DNA from: Actinomycetota bacterium
GTDB taxonomy: Bacteria; Actinomycetota; Acidimicrobiia; Acidimicrobiales; Ilumatobacteraceae
DNA: 64,000 nucleotides
Direction of reading: 5' to 3'
Assembly: GCA_043753895.1 (NCBI GenBank)
Contig: JAYUWK010000133.1
Location: 2,644-66,643 of the forward strand
Shown here: positions 1-9,038 of the stretch, one piece after another
Layout of the letters: each line of letters opens with the position of its first letter
How positions within the stretch are numbered: position 1 is the first letter of the stretch
The notes under the pieces: model-generated
What the model was told of the DNA's origin: nothing
The model's input: only the letters and a program-made list of their open reading frames with translations
Databases searched by the model: none
Translations under genes and position numbers: made by a program

Positions 1-2757
1 GACATCAACCTCACCACCGCACTCGGCCTCGTCGCGCTGGCGTCGGTTGCTGCGCTGGCGTTGCAGGTTCCGATTGCGCAATACGCCGATCGGTCCCGCC
101 GCGTACCCCTGGCGATCACCGGCGCGCTGGTGTGGGGTCTGTTCAGCGGCATGACGGGTCTTGCTATGGGTGTGGTTGTGCTCACCATCGCCCGCTCCGG
201 ATCGGCCATCGGCAAGGCCGTGGTGGACCCCACGCACAACTCGCTGCTTGCCGATTACTACCCCATCGAGACGCGCAGCCGGGTGTATAGCGCGCATCGC
301 GCGGCCAACGCGGTCGGATCATTCGTGGGTCCGTTGTCGGCAGGACTGCTCGCGTATTACTTCGGTTGGCGCACCCCGTTCTTCGTGTTCATGGTGCCCA
401 CAGTCATCTTCGCGATCATGGCGTTAAAGCTCCGTGAGCCGATTCGCGGTCGTTGGGAGCGAGCGGCAACCGGTGCGTCCGAGGATGTGATCAATACCGA
501 GGAAATCCCGGCCTCGTTCGCCGAGAGTTGGCGCACGGTGCAAAAGGTGCAGAGCCTGCGCCGCATCTGGTGGTCGTTGCCGTTCCTCGCCACAGCGCTG
601 ATTGGTTTCGTCACGCTTGCGTCGGTGTTGTACGACCGCGAGTTCGGGCTGGGCGAGCGCGGTCGTGGCTTTGCGGCTGCGGTTGCGGAACCGTTCCAGT
701 TGGTGGGCATCGTGCTGGGCGCGCGCTTCGTGACCCGGCATTACATGAACAACATGAAGGGCCTCATTCGCTTCCTGTCGTGGATCGCGATCGGCACCTC
801 GGTGGCGCTCATCGGGTTCGCGTTGGCCCCGAACATTGGCACCGCCATTGCGATGAACTGTGTGATCTCGGCAGCGCTGGCCACACTCGGACCGGGCATT
901 CTGGTGGCTTTCTCGTTGGCGATCCCGCCTCGCGCACGCGCCACTGGCTTCAGCGTTGCGTCGCTGTGGGTCATTCCCGGGTTGTTGGCGTTGCCCATCA
1001 TTGGTTGGGTTGCCGACAAATGGAACGTGCGTGTCGGCATGCTGGTGATGGTGCCGTTGTTCATCATCGGCAGCCTGATCCTGCGCAGCATCGCTGACGT
1101 CATCGATGCAGATATCGCTCAGGTGTGGCGTGCAACGGCTGCGCGGTCCGAGGCCCTGTTTCAACGACGCGCGGGCGAGGCGGATCTCCTGCTGGTACGC
1201 AGTGTCGACGCGGGCTACGGCGGTCGCCAGGTGCTGTTCGGTGTCGACATCGATGTGAAAGAGGGCGAGATCGTCGCGCTGCTCGGCACCAACGGCGCCG
1301 GCAAGTCCACACTGCTCAAGGCGATCAGCGGCGTCGTCGAGGCCGACCGCGGCGCTGTGGTGCTCGACGGTCGCGACATCACCCATGCTCCGCCGAACGA
1401 GATCGCCGTACTCGGCATCTCACAGATGCCGGGGGGCGCCGGGGTATTCGGATCGTTGTCGGTTCGCGAGAACCTGCAATTGGCCGGCTGGACGCAGCAT
1501 CGTCAGCACGACCAGGTGAAGACCAGTACCGACGAGGTGCTCGAGATGTTTCCGGTCTTGCGGTCGCGAATCGAGGACGCCGCAGCCGATCTCAGCGGCG
1601 GGCAGCAGCAGATGCTCGCGCTCGGCATGGCCTTCATCGCCAAGCCCCGTGTGCTGCTCATCGACGAACTCTCGTTGGGCCTGGCGCCCGTGATCGTGGG
1701 TCAGTTGCTGGCTATTGTTCAGCGCCTCGCCGCCACTGGGGTTGCGATCATCATGGTCGAGCAGAGCGTGAACGTGGCACTGTCGGTGGCCGAGCGCGCG
1801 TATTTCATGGAACGCGGCACAGTTCGCTTCAGCGGGCCCACCGCAGAACTGTTGGCGCGGCCCGACTTGTTGCGGTCGGTGTTTCTTTCACATGCAAGTA
1901 TCGGCGAACCCGTGGAGCACGAAGCCATTTCCGTCGACGCGAATGAACCCCCAGCGCTTGCAGTGGAGGGCCTGTCGCGAACCTTTGGCGGCATTCGTGC
2001 TGTCAATGACGTCAGCTTCTCGGTCGCCTCGCGTGAGATCGTGGGTATAATCGGGCCGAATGGTGCCGGCAAGACCACGCTGTTCGACCTGATCTCCGGC
2101 TTCACACCGTCTGACACCGGGCGCGTGCACCTCGCCGGTCGCGATCTGACGGCGGCTTCGCCGGCCGAACGGGCCGCTGCGGGCCTGGGTCGCAGCTTCC
2201 AAGACGCGAGGCTCTTCCCGGAGCTCACGGTTGCCGAGACCCTCGCTGTGGCCACCGAGCGCTTCGTCGGGAGTCGGGGCATGCTCGCTGCGGCGCTGCG
2301 GCTGCCGCAGACCTTCGACTCCGAGCAACAGGTGGCGCAGCGCGTCGATGAGCTGCTCGAGCTGATGGGCCTGACGCAGTATCGCAACTCGTTCGTCCGC
2401 GAGCTCTCCACAGGTACTCGTCGCGTAGTCGATCTGGCCTGTCAAGTGGCCCACCGACCCACCGTGATCTTGCTCGACGAGCCGTCGTCGGGCATCGCCC
2501 AACGCGAGGTCGAGGCGCTGGCGCCGCTGCTCATCCGGCTGCGTAACGACATGGGTGCAAGTCTGATCGTGATCGAGCACGACATGCCGCTGATCAGTTC
2601 GATCTCTGATCGTCTGATTGCGCTCGATCAGGGTGCCGTTGTCACATCCGGCCTGCCCGCCGATGTCCTCGAGGATCCACAGGTAGTCGAGAGCTATCTC
2701 GGCACATCGGCCGTCGCATTTTCACGATCCGGTTCAGAAACCGCAACAAGGGGGTAA
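1..2757 (+). CDS. Fusion protein with an MFS-type polytopic membrane domain followed by two ABC ATPase domains (LivF-like, then LivG-like); the 5' end runs off the window
   Basis: The frame is open from nt 1, with no stop upstream of the TTG at 61. The first ~380 aa are repeated hydrophobic helices with MFS-like loops (DYYPIETRSRVYS, GWRTPFF). ATPase 1 has Walker A GTNGAGKST, signature LSGGQQQ and LLIDELSLGLAP. ATPase 2 has GPNGAGKTT, LSTGTRR, ILLDEPSSG and a C-terminal ESYLG. Confidence 0.8.
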   Translation, partial: DINLTTALGLVALASVAALALQVPIAQYADRSRRVPLAITGALVWGLFSGMTGLAMGVVVLTIARSGSAIGKAVVDPTHNSLLADYYPIETRSRVYSAHRAANAVGSFVGPLSAGLLAYYFGWRTPFFVFMVPTVIFAIMALKLREPIRGRWERAATGASEDVINTEEIPASFAESWRTVQKVQSLRRIWWSLPFLATALIGFVTLASVLYDREFGLGERGRGFAAAVAEPFQLVGIVLGARFVTRHYMNNMKGLIRFLSWIAIGTSVALIGFALAPNIGTAIAMNCVISAALATLGPGILVAFSLAIPPRARATGFSVASLWVIPGLLALPIIGWVADKWNVRVGMLVMVPLFIIGSLILRSIADVIDADIAQVWRATAARSEALFQRRAGEADLLLVRSVDAGYGGRQVLFGVDIDVKEGEIVALLGTNGAGKSTLLKAISGVVEADRGAVVLDGRDITHAPPNEIAVLGISQMPGGAGVFGSLSVRENLQLAGWTQHRQHDQVKTSTDEVLEMFPVLRSRIEDAAADLSGGQQQMLALGMAFIAKPRVLLIDELSLGLAPVIVGQLLAIVQRLAATGVAIIMVEQSVNVALSVAERAYFMERGTVRFSGPTAELLARPDLLRSVFLSHASIGEPVEHEAISVDANEPPALAVEGLSRTFGGIRAVNDVSFSVASREIVGIIGPNGAGKTTLFDLISGFTPSDTGRVHLAGRDLTAASPAERAAAGLGRSFQDARLFPELTVAETLAVATERFVGSRGMLAAALRLPQTFDSEQQVAQRVDELLELMGLTQYRNSFVRELSTGTRRVVDLACQVAHRPTVILLDEPSSGIAQREVEALAPLLIRLRNDMGASLIVIEHDMPLISSISDRLIALDQGAVVTSGLPADVLEDPQVVESYLGTSAVAFSRSGSETATRG

Positions 2758-2760
2758 GCA

Positions 2761-4524
2761 ATGCAACCAGCAAGTGCAGGCGAAAGTGGCGGCGACAAGA
2801 AGTCGACCGCGATGAAACGGTACGGGCCGATCGTGGCCATTCTCGCTGTGGTGGCGATTGGCGTCGGAGCACTGGTGGCCTCGGGCGGCGATGACAAGAA
2901 GACGGTCGATTCCACTCCGTCATCCGCGCCGGGCACAAATGCCGCGCCGGGCTCGACGCCCGATACATCCGTATCGTCGGACCCTACGCCGCCCGCCGCG
3001 ATCACGTTTCCGCTCAGCTTCTCGCAGGCCAAGAAACAGGGCGTTACCGTCGATTGGGGTAAGCGATGCGACACTACGGTCGGCCGAGTCGCTGTTCCCG
3101 ATTTCTTCGCGGCCGAGTGCTACGCCCCGTTCACCGGCGACAACGGTGGTATCACGGCGACAGGTGTGACCAAGGACGAGATCACGATCGTGTACTACCA
3201 AGGCATCGCGAGTGACCCGATCATCAGCTATATCACCGATGCCGTGAAGGTGAACGACACCAAAGCCCAGCAGGCCGAGACGATGCAGAGCATTGTCGAC
3301 TACTACCAGACCTACTACGAGACGTACGGCCGAAAGGTGAAGGTCATCCCGTTCGAGGGATCGGGCATCGCCAACGACGAGACCGCCGCGCGAGCTGATG
3401 CCGTGCGCATCGCCAAGGACATCAAGCCGTTCATGGTGTGGGGCGGGCCGGCACTCACGAGCGCGTTCGCCGATGAACTGGCGGCGAACAAGGTGATGTG
3501 CCTCGGGTGTACGCCAGGGCAGCCGCCCGACTGGTATGTGAAGCGCGACCCGTACGTGTGGGGTATTGGCAGCAGCGCAGAGCAATCCCAAGTACACGTG
3601 CTCGAAATGATCAAGAAGCAACTCATCGGCAAGAACGCAACGCACGCCGGCGACGAGTTCGTGAACACGCCGCGCAAGTTCGGGTCGCTGTTCATCGAGA
3701 GCAGCGCCACCTCGAAGATTCTCAACGATGGGCTTCAGAAAGGTACGGCCGACGCGGGCGCACCGTTCGCCGAGACGGTGTCGTACGTCTTGGATCCGGG
3801 CACGATCCAACAGACCGCTTCGCAAGCCATCGCCAAGTTCAAGGCGGCGGGCGTGACCACCGTCGTGTTCGACGGCGACCCCGTTGCACCCCGTGAGTTC
3901 ACCAAGGAAGCCACCGCACAGGGATACTTCCCTGAATGGGTCATCGGCGTGTCCGCACTCGTGGATCTCAATGCGTTCGCTCGTACGTACGACCAGGCCC
4001 AGTGGAAGCACGCCTTCGGCTATACGTCGCTCGCCGCACGCGTCACGCCCGAGATCAGCGGTGCGTACGCGCAGTACAAGTGGTTCAACGGCAAAGAGCC
4101 ACCGGCCAAGGACACCGTCGGGCTCATCCAGCCTCTTCCCGCGGTGTTCTACGCGGTGCTGCAAGGTGTCGGGCCGAACCTGACCGAGCAATCATGGAAG
4201 GCCGCGCTGTTTGCGGGGAGTCAGACGCGCTCGGCGATCACGCAACCGTCGCTGTCGTGGGGCGACAAGGGCATCTGGCCGCAGCCCGACTATCTGGGCA
4301 TCGACGATGCCACGATGGTCTGGTGGGATCCCTCGGCTACCGGACCCGACGAGATCCGCAAGCAGGGTCAGGGCATGTATCAGTTCGTCGATGGTGGCAA
4401 GCGCTACATGCCCGGCAAGTGGCCATCGACGGACAAGTTCTTCGACCCGTCCGGAGCCGTGTCGATGTACGCCGTCCCGCCGGCCGGCGAGGCGCCGCCC
4501 ACGTATCCGAGCCCGGCTGGCTGA
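2761..4524 (+). CDS. ABC transporter substrate-binding protein (Leu/Ile/Val-binding-like), membrane-anchored
   Basis: The ATG lies 4 nt after the upstream stop and is preceded by AAGGGGG. There is an N-terminal TM helix (IVAILAVVAIGVGALVA) and a Ser/Pro/Thr linker, then a large periplasmic-binding-type domain. Its position next to LivF/LivG-like ATPases supports the call. Confidence 0.65.
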   Translation: MQPASAGESGGDKKSTAMKRYGPIVAILAVVAIGVGALVASGGDDKKTVDSTPSSAPGTNAAPGSTPDTSVSSDPTPPAAITFPLSFSQAKKQGVTVDWGKRCDTTVGRVAVPDFFAAECYAPFTGDNGGITATGVTKDEITIVYYQGIASDPIISYITDAVKVNDTKAQQAETMQSIVDYYQTYYETYGRKVKVIPFEGSGIANDETAARADAVRIAKDIKPFMVWGGPALTSAFADELAANKVMCLGCTPGQPPDWYVKRDPYVWGIGSSAEQSQVHVLEMIKKQLIGKNATHAGDEFVNTPRKFGSLFIESSATSKILNDGLQKGTADAGAPFAETVSYVLDPGTIQQTASQAIAKFKAAGVTTVVFDGDPVAPREFTKEATAQGYFPEWVIGVSALVDLNAFARTYDQAQWKHAFGYTSLAARVTPEISGAYAQYKWFNGKEPPAKDTVGLIQPLPAVFYAVLQGVGPNLTEQSWKAALFAGSQTRSAITQPSLSWGDKGIWPQPDYLGIDDATMVWWDPSATGPDEIRKQGQGMYQFVDGGKRYMPGKWPSTDKFFDPSGAVSMYAVPPAGEAPPTYPSPAG

Positions 4525-4544
4525 CGCTCAGTCAGTCCGAAATC

Positions 4545-5207
4545 TCATTCGGGAAGCCGCCAGTCGATGGGTTGGCGGCTTCTCGCGCACAATGCGTCGT
4601 TCGTGCGGCTGAACGGCTTGCTGCCGAGGAATCCGTTGTGCGCCGACAACGGCGAGGGATGTGCGGACTCGATGACCGCGTGGCGCGCCGTGTCGATGAG
4701 CGCCTTCTTCTTGCGCGCATACGCGCCCCAGAGGATGAACACCACGGGATCGGTCTTGTCGTTGACCACGCGGATCACCTGATCGGTGAAGGTCTCCCAA
4801 CCCCTGCCCTGATGGCTGCCCGCCTGCCCGGCGCGCACCGTGAGGGTTGCGTTCAACAACAGCACGCCTTGAGTGGCCCAATGAACGAGGTTGCCGTGTC
4901 GAGGTGCCTCGATGCCGAGGTCGCTGCGGAGTTCCTTGTAGATGTTTGCCAACGACGGAGGAATCGCTACTGCGCGCTGGACCGAGAAGCACAGCCCGTG
5001 GGCTTGGCGCGGGCCGTGGTAGGGATCTTGGCCAAGGATCATCACGCGAGTGTCGGCGTACGACGTGAGGTGGATCGCAGCGAACACGTCTGCTGCCGGT
5101 GGGTACACCAGGTGCTGCTCGCGCTCATCGTGCACGAACCGCTGGAGATCGTGCCAGTAGGGCTTGGCAAACTCGTCGCGCAGGTGGGGGTTCCAATCCG
5201 TGGGCAT
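4545..5207 (-). CDS. ung: Uracil-DNA glycosylase, family 1
   Basis: The 220-aa reading from MPTDWNPHL carries the canonical motifs GQDPYHGPRQAHGLCFSV and HPSPLSA. The longer track ORF (to 5693) adds a Pro/Ser/Thr/Arg-rich N-terminus that is the antisense reading of the neighbouring repeat gene. Confidence 0.9.
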   Translation of the reverse strand: MPTDWNPHLRDEFAKPYWHDLQRFVHDEREQHLVYPPAADVFAAIHLTSYADTRVMILGQDPYHGPRQAHGLCFSVQRAVAIPPSLANIYKELRSDLGIEAPRHGNLVHWATQGVLLLNATLTVRAGQAGSHQGRGWETFTDQVIRVVNDKTDPVVFILWGAYARKKKALIDTARHAVIESAHPSPLSAHNGFLGSKPFSRTNDALCARSRQPIDWRLPE

Positions 5208-5307
5208 CGTTGCATGTGTTATCACGCGTGTCGTGACGCGACGCGGCAGGGCCCGGCTCGAAGGCCGGGTCCTGCAGTGGGGGGTGTTGGTGACGGAACG
5301 GGGTTGA

Positions 5308-5838
5308 TCAGCCGTCGCTACCGTGGCCGCTGCTGCCGCCGTGGCTCGAACCGCCGTCCTCGCTGCCGCTGTGATCCGAGGTGCTGGGCGCCGACTTGTC
5401 GTGGCCGCTGCTGTCGCCAGCGCTGTCGGCGCTATCGCCTGTATCCGAAGCGGAATCGTCGGAATCGTCCGTTTCGTCGGCCGCGTCGGTGGGCTCGGCC
5501 GCTTCGGTGGGCTCGGCCGCTTCGGTGGGCTCGGTTGCGTCCGCCGCGTTGGTGGACTCGGCCGCGTTGGTGGACTCGGTGGGCTCGGTTGCGTCCGCCG
5601 CGTTGGTGGACTCGGTGGGCTCGGTTGCGTCCGCCGCGTTGGTGGACTCGGTTGCGTCCGCCGCGTTGGCGGACTCGGTTGCGTCGGTCGCATCGCTGGC
5701 GTCGGCCGCGGGGCTCTGCACCCGAGGGCGAGAGTCGGCTCCTCCCGCGGAAGCGAGACCGGCGACTCCGAGCACGGTGGCGGCGCTGAGCGCGATTCCG
5801 ATCATCAAACGGCGGTGGGCTTTCGCTGTGAGCTGCAT
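5308..5838 (-). CDS. Secreted acidic low-complexity repeat protein
   Basis: The ATG at 5838 is preceded by GGAGA. It has a signal-like N-terminus (RRLMIGIALSAATVLGVAGLASAGG). The body is Asp/Glu/Thr/Ala repeats (ATEPTESTNAAD units) followed by a Ser/Gly/His/Asp tail. Confidence 0.6.
   Translation of the reverse strand: MQLTAKAHRRLMIGIALSAATVLGVAGLASAGGADSRPRVQSPAADASDATDATESANAADATESTNAADATEPTESTNAADATEPTESTNAAESTNAADATEPTEAAEPTEAAEPTDAADETDDSDDSASDTGDSADSAGDSSGHDKSAPSTSDHSGSEDGGSSHGGSSGHGSDG
5487..5690. repeat. Imperfect in-frame tandem repeat (18-nt and 36-nt units) inside the acidic repeat gene
   Basis: The 36-nt unit ggtgggctcggttgcgtccgccgcgttggtggactc starts at 5524, 5578 and 5614. 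It is flanked by 18-nt and 27-nt partial units. Confidence 0.85.
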
Positions 5839-5992
5839 GTCATCTCCTTGGGGTGAGTGGGTGTACGAACAAGACACGTCACGCTATCCCGAAAGGTTTG
5901 GTCTGCTGAAGAAAATGTAGTGACCACCACCAGCAATCACCATCACGGTCCAGTCGTGCAGGGGTTTCCCACAGACCTCCGCCGAAACAGGG

Positions 5993-6424
5993 TTAGATCA
6001 GCTCGATTTCGACGTGATTGGCATGAGCAGCAAGAGTCTTCACGTCGGCACGATCGCCGGTGAGCACAGTGCCGCCCGGTTCGGCAAGCGCGACCACGAG
6101 CGCGTCGACCGCTGATCCGGCTCGCGCTCTTCGGCGGAGTTCGGCTGCGCGGCGAGCGACGGCTGGGGTGACCTCGGCCTGGACGATGCACGTCTTCAGG
6201 AATCGGTTCGCGTTGGCGTCACGTGCCGGGTCACCGTGGAGGGATTCGATCAGCACCATCGTCGGTACGATCGGTGGCCAGAGCCCTGCCGTGCTCAAGG
6301 CTCTGATCAGCGAGAGCGCGTTGGCTGTTCGCGAGAAGAGCCGTGTGAGTCCACCGCTGTCAAGGACCAGCACGTCAGCCAGCCTGACCCAGACCACGCT
6401 CGCGAATCCGGCGGGCGATGGCAT
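5993..6424 (-). CDS. vapC: PIN-domain toxin (VapC-like)
   Basis: The size, the LVLDSGG...ALVVALAE...VLTGDRADV pattern of PIN acidic residues, and the overlap with the upstream small antitoxin gene support the call. The start is uncertain: ATG at 6424 or GTG at 6397. Confidence 0.7.
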   Translation of the reverse strand: MPSPAGFASVVWVRLADVLVLDSGGLTRLFSRTANALSLIRALSTAGLWPPIVPTMVLIESLHGDPARDANANRFLKTCIVQAEVTPAVARRAAELRRRARAGSAVDALVVALAEPGGTVLTGDRADVKTLAAHANHVEIELI

Positions 6425-6623
6425 CGGCGTGGGTCAGCAGTCGGCCGGTTGGCTCACCGACTTCGGCGGTGAGTTCATCGAGATACTCGGTCGTCGCGTC
6501 GAGCGCGTCCTGCCGCTCGAGCTCGGCCCGCAGCGCGATCTGCAGCAGCTCGGATGCGGGCAGTCCGCGTCGCTTCAACTCATCGTGGAGATCGTCCGGA
6601 AGGTACACCTGAAGACCTGGCAT
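6375..6623 (-). CDS. vapB: Antitoxin of the VapBC pair (ribbon-helix-helix-like)
   Basis: The 82-aa reading starts at MPGLQVYLPDDLHDELKRRGLPASELLQIAL, a typical RHH antitoxin N-terminus. Its stop overlaps the start region of the PIN gene. Confidence 0.7.
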   Translation of the reverse strand: MPGLQVYLPDDLHDELKRRGLPASELLQIALRAELERQDALDATTEYLDELTAEVGEPTGRLLTHADAIARRIRERGLGQAG

Positions 6624-6660
6624 ACGCCTGAGTATACGCCTACTGCAGGAGGCTTGGGGG

Positions 6661-7386
6661 TCAGCCGCCGCCGCCGCTGTAGTTCTCGGACGCGTCGACC
6701 AGCATGTGGCCATCTGAGCCGATTGTCACCTCGATGCGTGAGTATCCGTTGCTCGTGTCGAAGCGAACACGAATGCGGGTCGCCTCGTTGTTTTCGACCT
6801 GCGACGTGTAGCCCGAGTTGGTCATCTGATCCAGCAAGGTGAGCACTCCGGCGCGCAGACGCACGGTGATGGTGCCACCCTTCGACACATCGGTCTTGGT
6901 CTCATCGATATCCGGGGGCTGGGCATATGTGGTGGTGGGCTCCGGTGAGTTGGTTATAGGCGGAACCACGACCGGCGCCGTGGTGGCCGCACCGCCGTTC
7001 TGGCCGGGCACGGTGGCGGCGGTGTTGGTAGGGCCGGTTGGCCTTGTGGTGGGGCTGACGACGTTGGTGCCCGTGGGCAGTGACGTCTGAGGAAGGCTCT
7101 CGGCAGAATCCGAAGTTCGGGTCTCGGCGCTCGTTTGCGTGACCAGCGAGTCGTCGCCGCTGCTGTCGGCTGGCGATAGGTGTGAGCCACCCCGATTGTT
7201 CAACATGATTCCAGCGAAGCCCAATGCGGCCACCACACCGAGTCCGCTCATGATTGCTGCAGAACGGCGCCGACGCGCCGCACGAACCCGATGCTGCAAA
7301 TGGGCGTAGGCAGCGTCGTCGTCGAGACCGCGGCCACCGAGTCGCTGGAGCTGGCTGCGTAGTTCGGAATCTTCGTAGTCATCCAT
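6661..7386 (-). CDS. Putative anti-sigma factor: single-pass membrane protein with a Thr/Pro-rich linker and an extracytoplasmic domain
   Basis: The ATG at 7386 is preceded by AAGGAGAC and overlaps the stop of the ECF sigma gene by 8 nt. There is one TM helix (IMSGLGVVAALGFAGIML). No zinc anti-sigma (HxxxCxxC) motif is seen. Confidence 0.5.
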   Translation of the reverse strand: MDDYEDSELRSQLQRLGGRGLDDDAAYAHLQHRVRAARRRRSAAIMSGLGVVAALGFAGIMLNNRGGSHLSPADSSGDDSLVTQTSAETRTSDSAESLPQTSLPTGTNVVSPTTRPTGPTNTAATVPGQNGGAATTAPVVVPPITNSPEPTTTYAQPPDIDETKTDVSKGGTITVRLRAGVLTLLDQMTNSGYTSQVENNEATRIRVRFDTSNGYSRIEVTIGSDGHMLVDASENYSGGGG

Positions 7387-7891
7387 GGGAGTCTCCTTCA
7401 CCCAATTGGCCACGCAACGTGGCGCGGCCTTGGTGCAGATGGAACTTGACCGCGCCCTGGGAAATCCCCAGCGTTGCGGCGGTTTCGGCGACGGACAGTC
7501 CGTCGACGTAGAACAGTGCAAGCGACAGTCGTTGCTGGCGAGGGAGTCCCTCGAGCATTGCGGCCACATCGTCGAGTGGCGGGGCCTGTGCGGTGCGCTC
7601 GGGTTCAGCCGCGAGGCGTTCGACGACGCGGCCCTTGCGCATGTCGGAACGGTGTTCGTCGCGCAGTTTGTTAATGGCAACACGGCGGATCCACCCGACG
7701 GGGTCGTCGTAGTTCATGATCGACCGCCACCGCAGATGCGCTTTCACAAAGGCGTGTTGCACCGCGTCCGCGGCAGCCTGTTCGTTACCGCAGGCCACCG
7801 TGAGGGCGCGCACAAGTCGCCCGTGGTGGGCGCGGAACAGCGATTCGAGGTCGTCGACAATGCGAGCGTCGTTCATCAGGGCAATCGTCAC
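7379..7891 (-). CDS. ECF (sigma-70 family, group 4) RNA polymerase sigma factor
   Basis: It has a region-2-like segment (AADAVQHAFVKAHLRW..DPVGWIRRVAINKLRDEHR). It also has a region-4 HTH (LSLALFYVDGLSVAETAATLGISQGAVKFHLHQGR). Confidence 0.85.
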   Translation of the reverse strand: MTIALMNDARIVDDLESLFRAHHGRLVRALTVACGNEQAAADAVQHAFVKAHLRWRSIMNYDDPVGWIRRVAINKLRDEHRSDMRKGRVVERLAAEPERTAQAPPLDDVAAMLEGLPRQQRLSLALFYVDGLSVAETAATLGISQGAVKFHLHQGRATLRGQLGEGDSHG

Positions 7892-7954
7892 CGCTCAGGA
7901 CACGCCCACCGGACGCGGAAGGTTTGGTTGACAGCCAACGTACAGTGCAAAGCA

Positions 7955-8956
7955 ATGCCGCTCCCTCGTTTGGCTTTGCTTGCCCGTGCAACTCTTGCCA
8001 CCTTGCCAACCCATCTCGAACCCGGCCCACCGTTGCCCGGCGGTGCCAGCCTCTGGGTGAAACGCGACGATCTCACCGGCCTCGGAGTGGGTGGCAACAA
8101 GGCCCGCAAACTCGAATTCCTGTGCGGCCAGGCACTGCACGATGGTGCCGATTGCCTCATCACGGTTGGCGCCGGCCAGTCGAATCACTGTCGGATGACC
8201 GCCGCAGCGGGTGCGCGCCTCGGGCTGGAAACACACCTGGTCCTGTCGGGCGACGCGCCGACGACGTTCGTCGGCAACCAAGCGCTCGCCCACCTGTTCG
8301 GCGCCCACCTGCACTTTACGGGCGTGCCTTCGTCGCACTGGGGGGCGCTCGAGATCGCCCGAGAGGCCCTCACCGAGGAACTCGCCGCCGACGGCCTTCG
8401 ACCGCACTCCATCCCCATCGGTGGGAGCACCTCGATAGGGGCGTTGGGCTATGTGGTCGCGTTCGTGGAGATCATGCAGCAATGCGACTGGTTGGGGTTC
8501 CTGCCCACATCCATCGTCTTCACCTCGTCGAGTGGTGGTACGCACGCGGGTTTGGTGGCGGGCAAGGCACTGTGGCGAACGCTGGGTCACGCGGTCCCTG
8601 ACGTGATTGCAATTGGGGTCGCCAAGGGTGTGGTGATGGGTCTGCCCGACGTTGCCGACCTCGCCAAAGAAACCCTCGCCCTGCTCGGTGAATCGGGGGT
8701 CGAGACAACCGACGTGGAGATCGACACGCGCTGGCTGGGCGACGACTATGCGATTCCGTCCGCCGCTGGAGACGATGCCATCCGTTGGGCGGCACGCCGC
8801 GGCGGGTGGGTACTCGACCGCACCTATTCCGGCAAGGGGTTTTCGGGCCTGTTGGGCAATGCCGCCGATGGTCGTTGGGGTGCCGGCGACAACGTGGTCT
8901 TCATCCACACCGGTGGGCTTCCTGCGGTGTTTGTGCCGGGCGGGCTCCCCGACTGA
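7955..8956 (+). CDS. PLP-dependent D-cysteine desulfhydrase / ACC deaminase family enzyme
   Basis: It has the signature WVKRDDLTGLGVGGNKARKLEFL, a later GGSTSIGALGY and a HTGG C-terminal motif. The start is taken at the ATG at 7955, in the frame of track ORF 7385..8956. Confidence 0.8.
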   Translation: MPLPRLALLARATLATLPTHLEPGPPLPGGASLWVKRDDLTGLGVGGNKARKLEFLCGQALHDGADCLITVGAGQSNHCRMTAAAGARLGLETHLVLSGDAPTTFVGNQALAHLFGAHLHFTGVPSSHWGALEIAREALTEELAADGLRPHSIPIGGSTSIGALGYVVAFVEIMQQCDWLGFLPTSIVFTSSSGGTHAGLVAGKALWRTLGHAVPDVIAIGVAKGVVMGLPDVADLAKETLALLGESGVETTDVEIDTRWLGDDYAIPSAAGDDAIRWAARRGGWVLDRTYSGKGFSGLLGNAADGRWGAGDNVVFIHTGGLPAVFVPGGLPD

Positions 8957-9038
8957 TCGGCACCACAGCCCACTGCACGGGCTCCAGTCGTGGTCAGCGA
9001 CTTCCCGTACATCGCAAAGCGCACTACCCTCACGTGCG

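Noticed and set aside
5487-5690. A tandem repeat region considered as a possible CRISPR array.
   Set aside because: The units are contiguous (18/36 nt) with no unique spacers. They are in frame inside a coding sequence, and there are no cas genes nearby.
5208-5693. An N-terminal extension of the ung ORF, with PSPPTRRTQ repeats that might make a proline-rich domain.
   Set aside because: The extension is the out-of-frame reading of the tandem DNA repeat belonging to the neighbouring acidic repeat gene. A complete 220-aa Ung starts at the internal ATG at 5207.
3936-5789. A very long ORF (617 aa, + strand). Similar long ORFs include 424..1386(-), 2920..4191(-), 7895..9115(-), 17223..18473(-), 23548..24690(+), 30175..31287(-) and 45460..46233(+).
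   Set aside because: These are typical high-GC shadow ORFs. They lie antisense to, or out of frame with, genes that have clear family motifs. Their products are Arg/Pro/Gly/Ala-rich with no recognisable motif.
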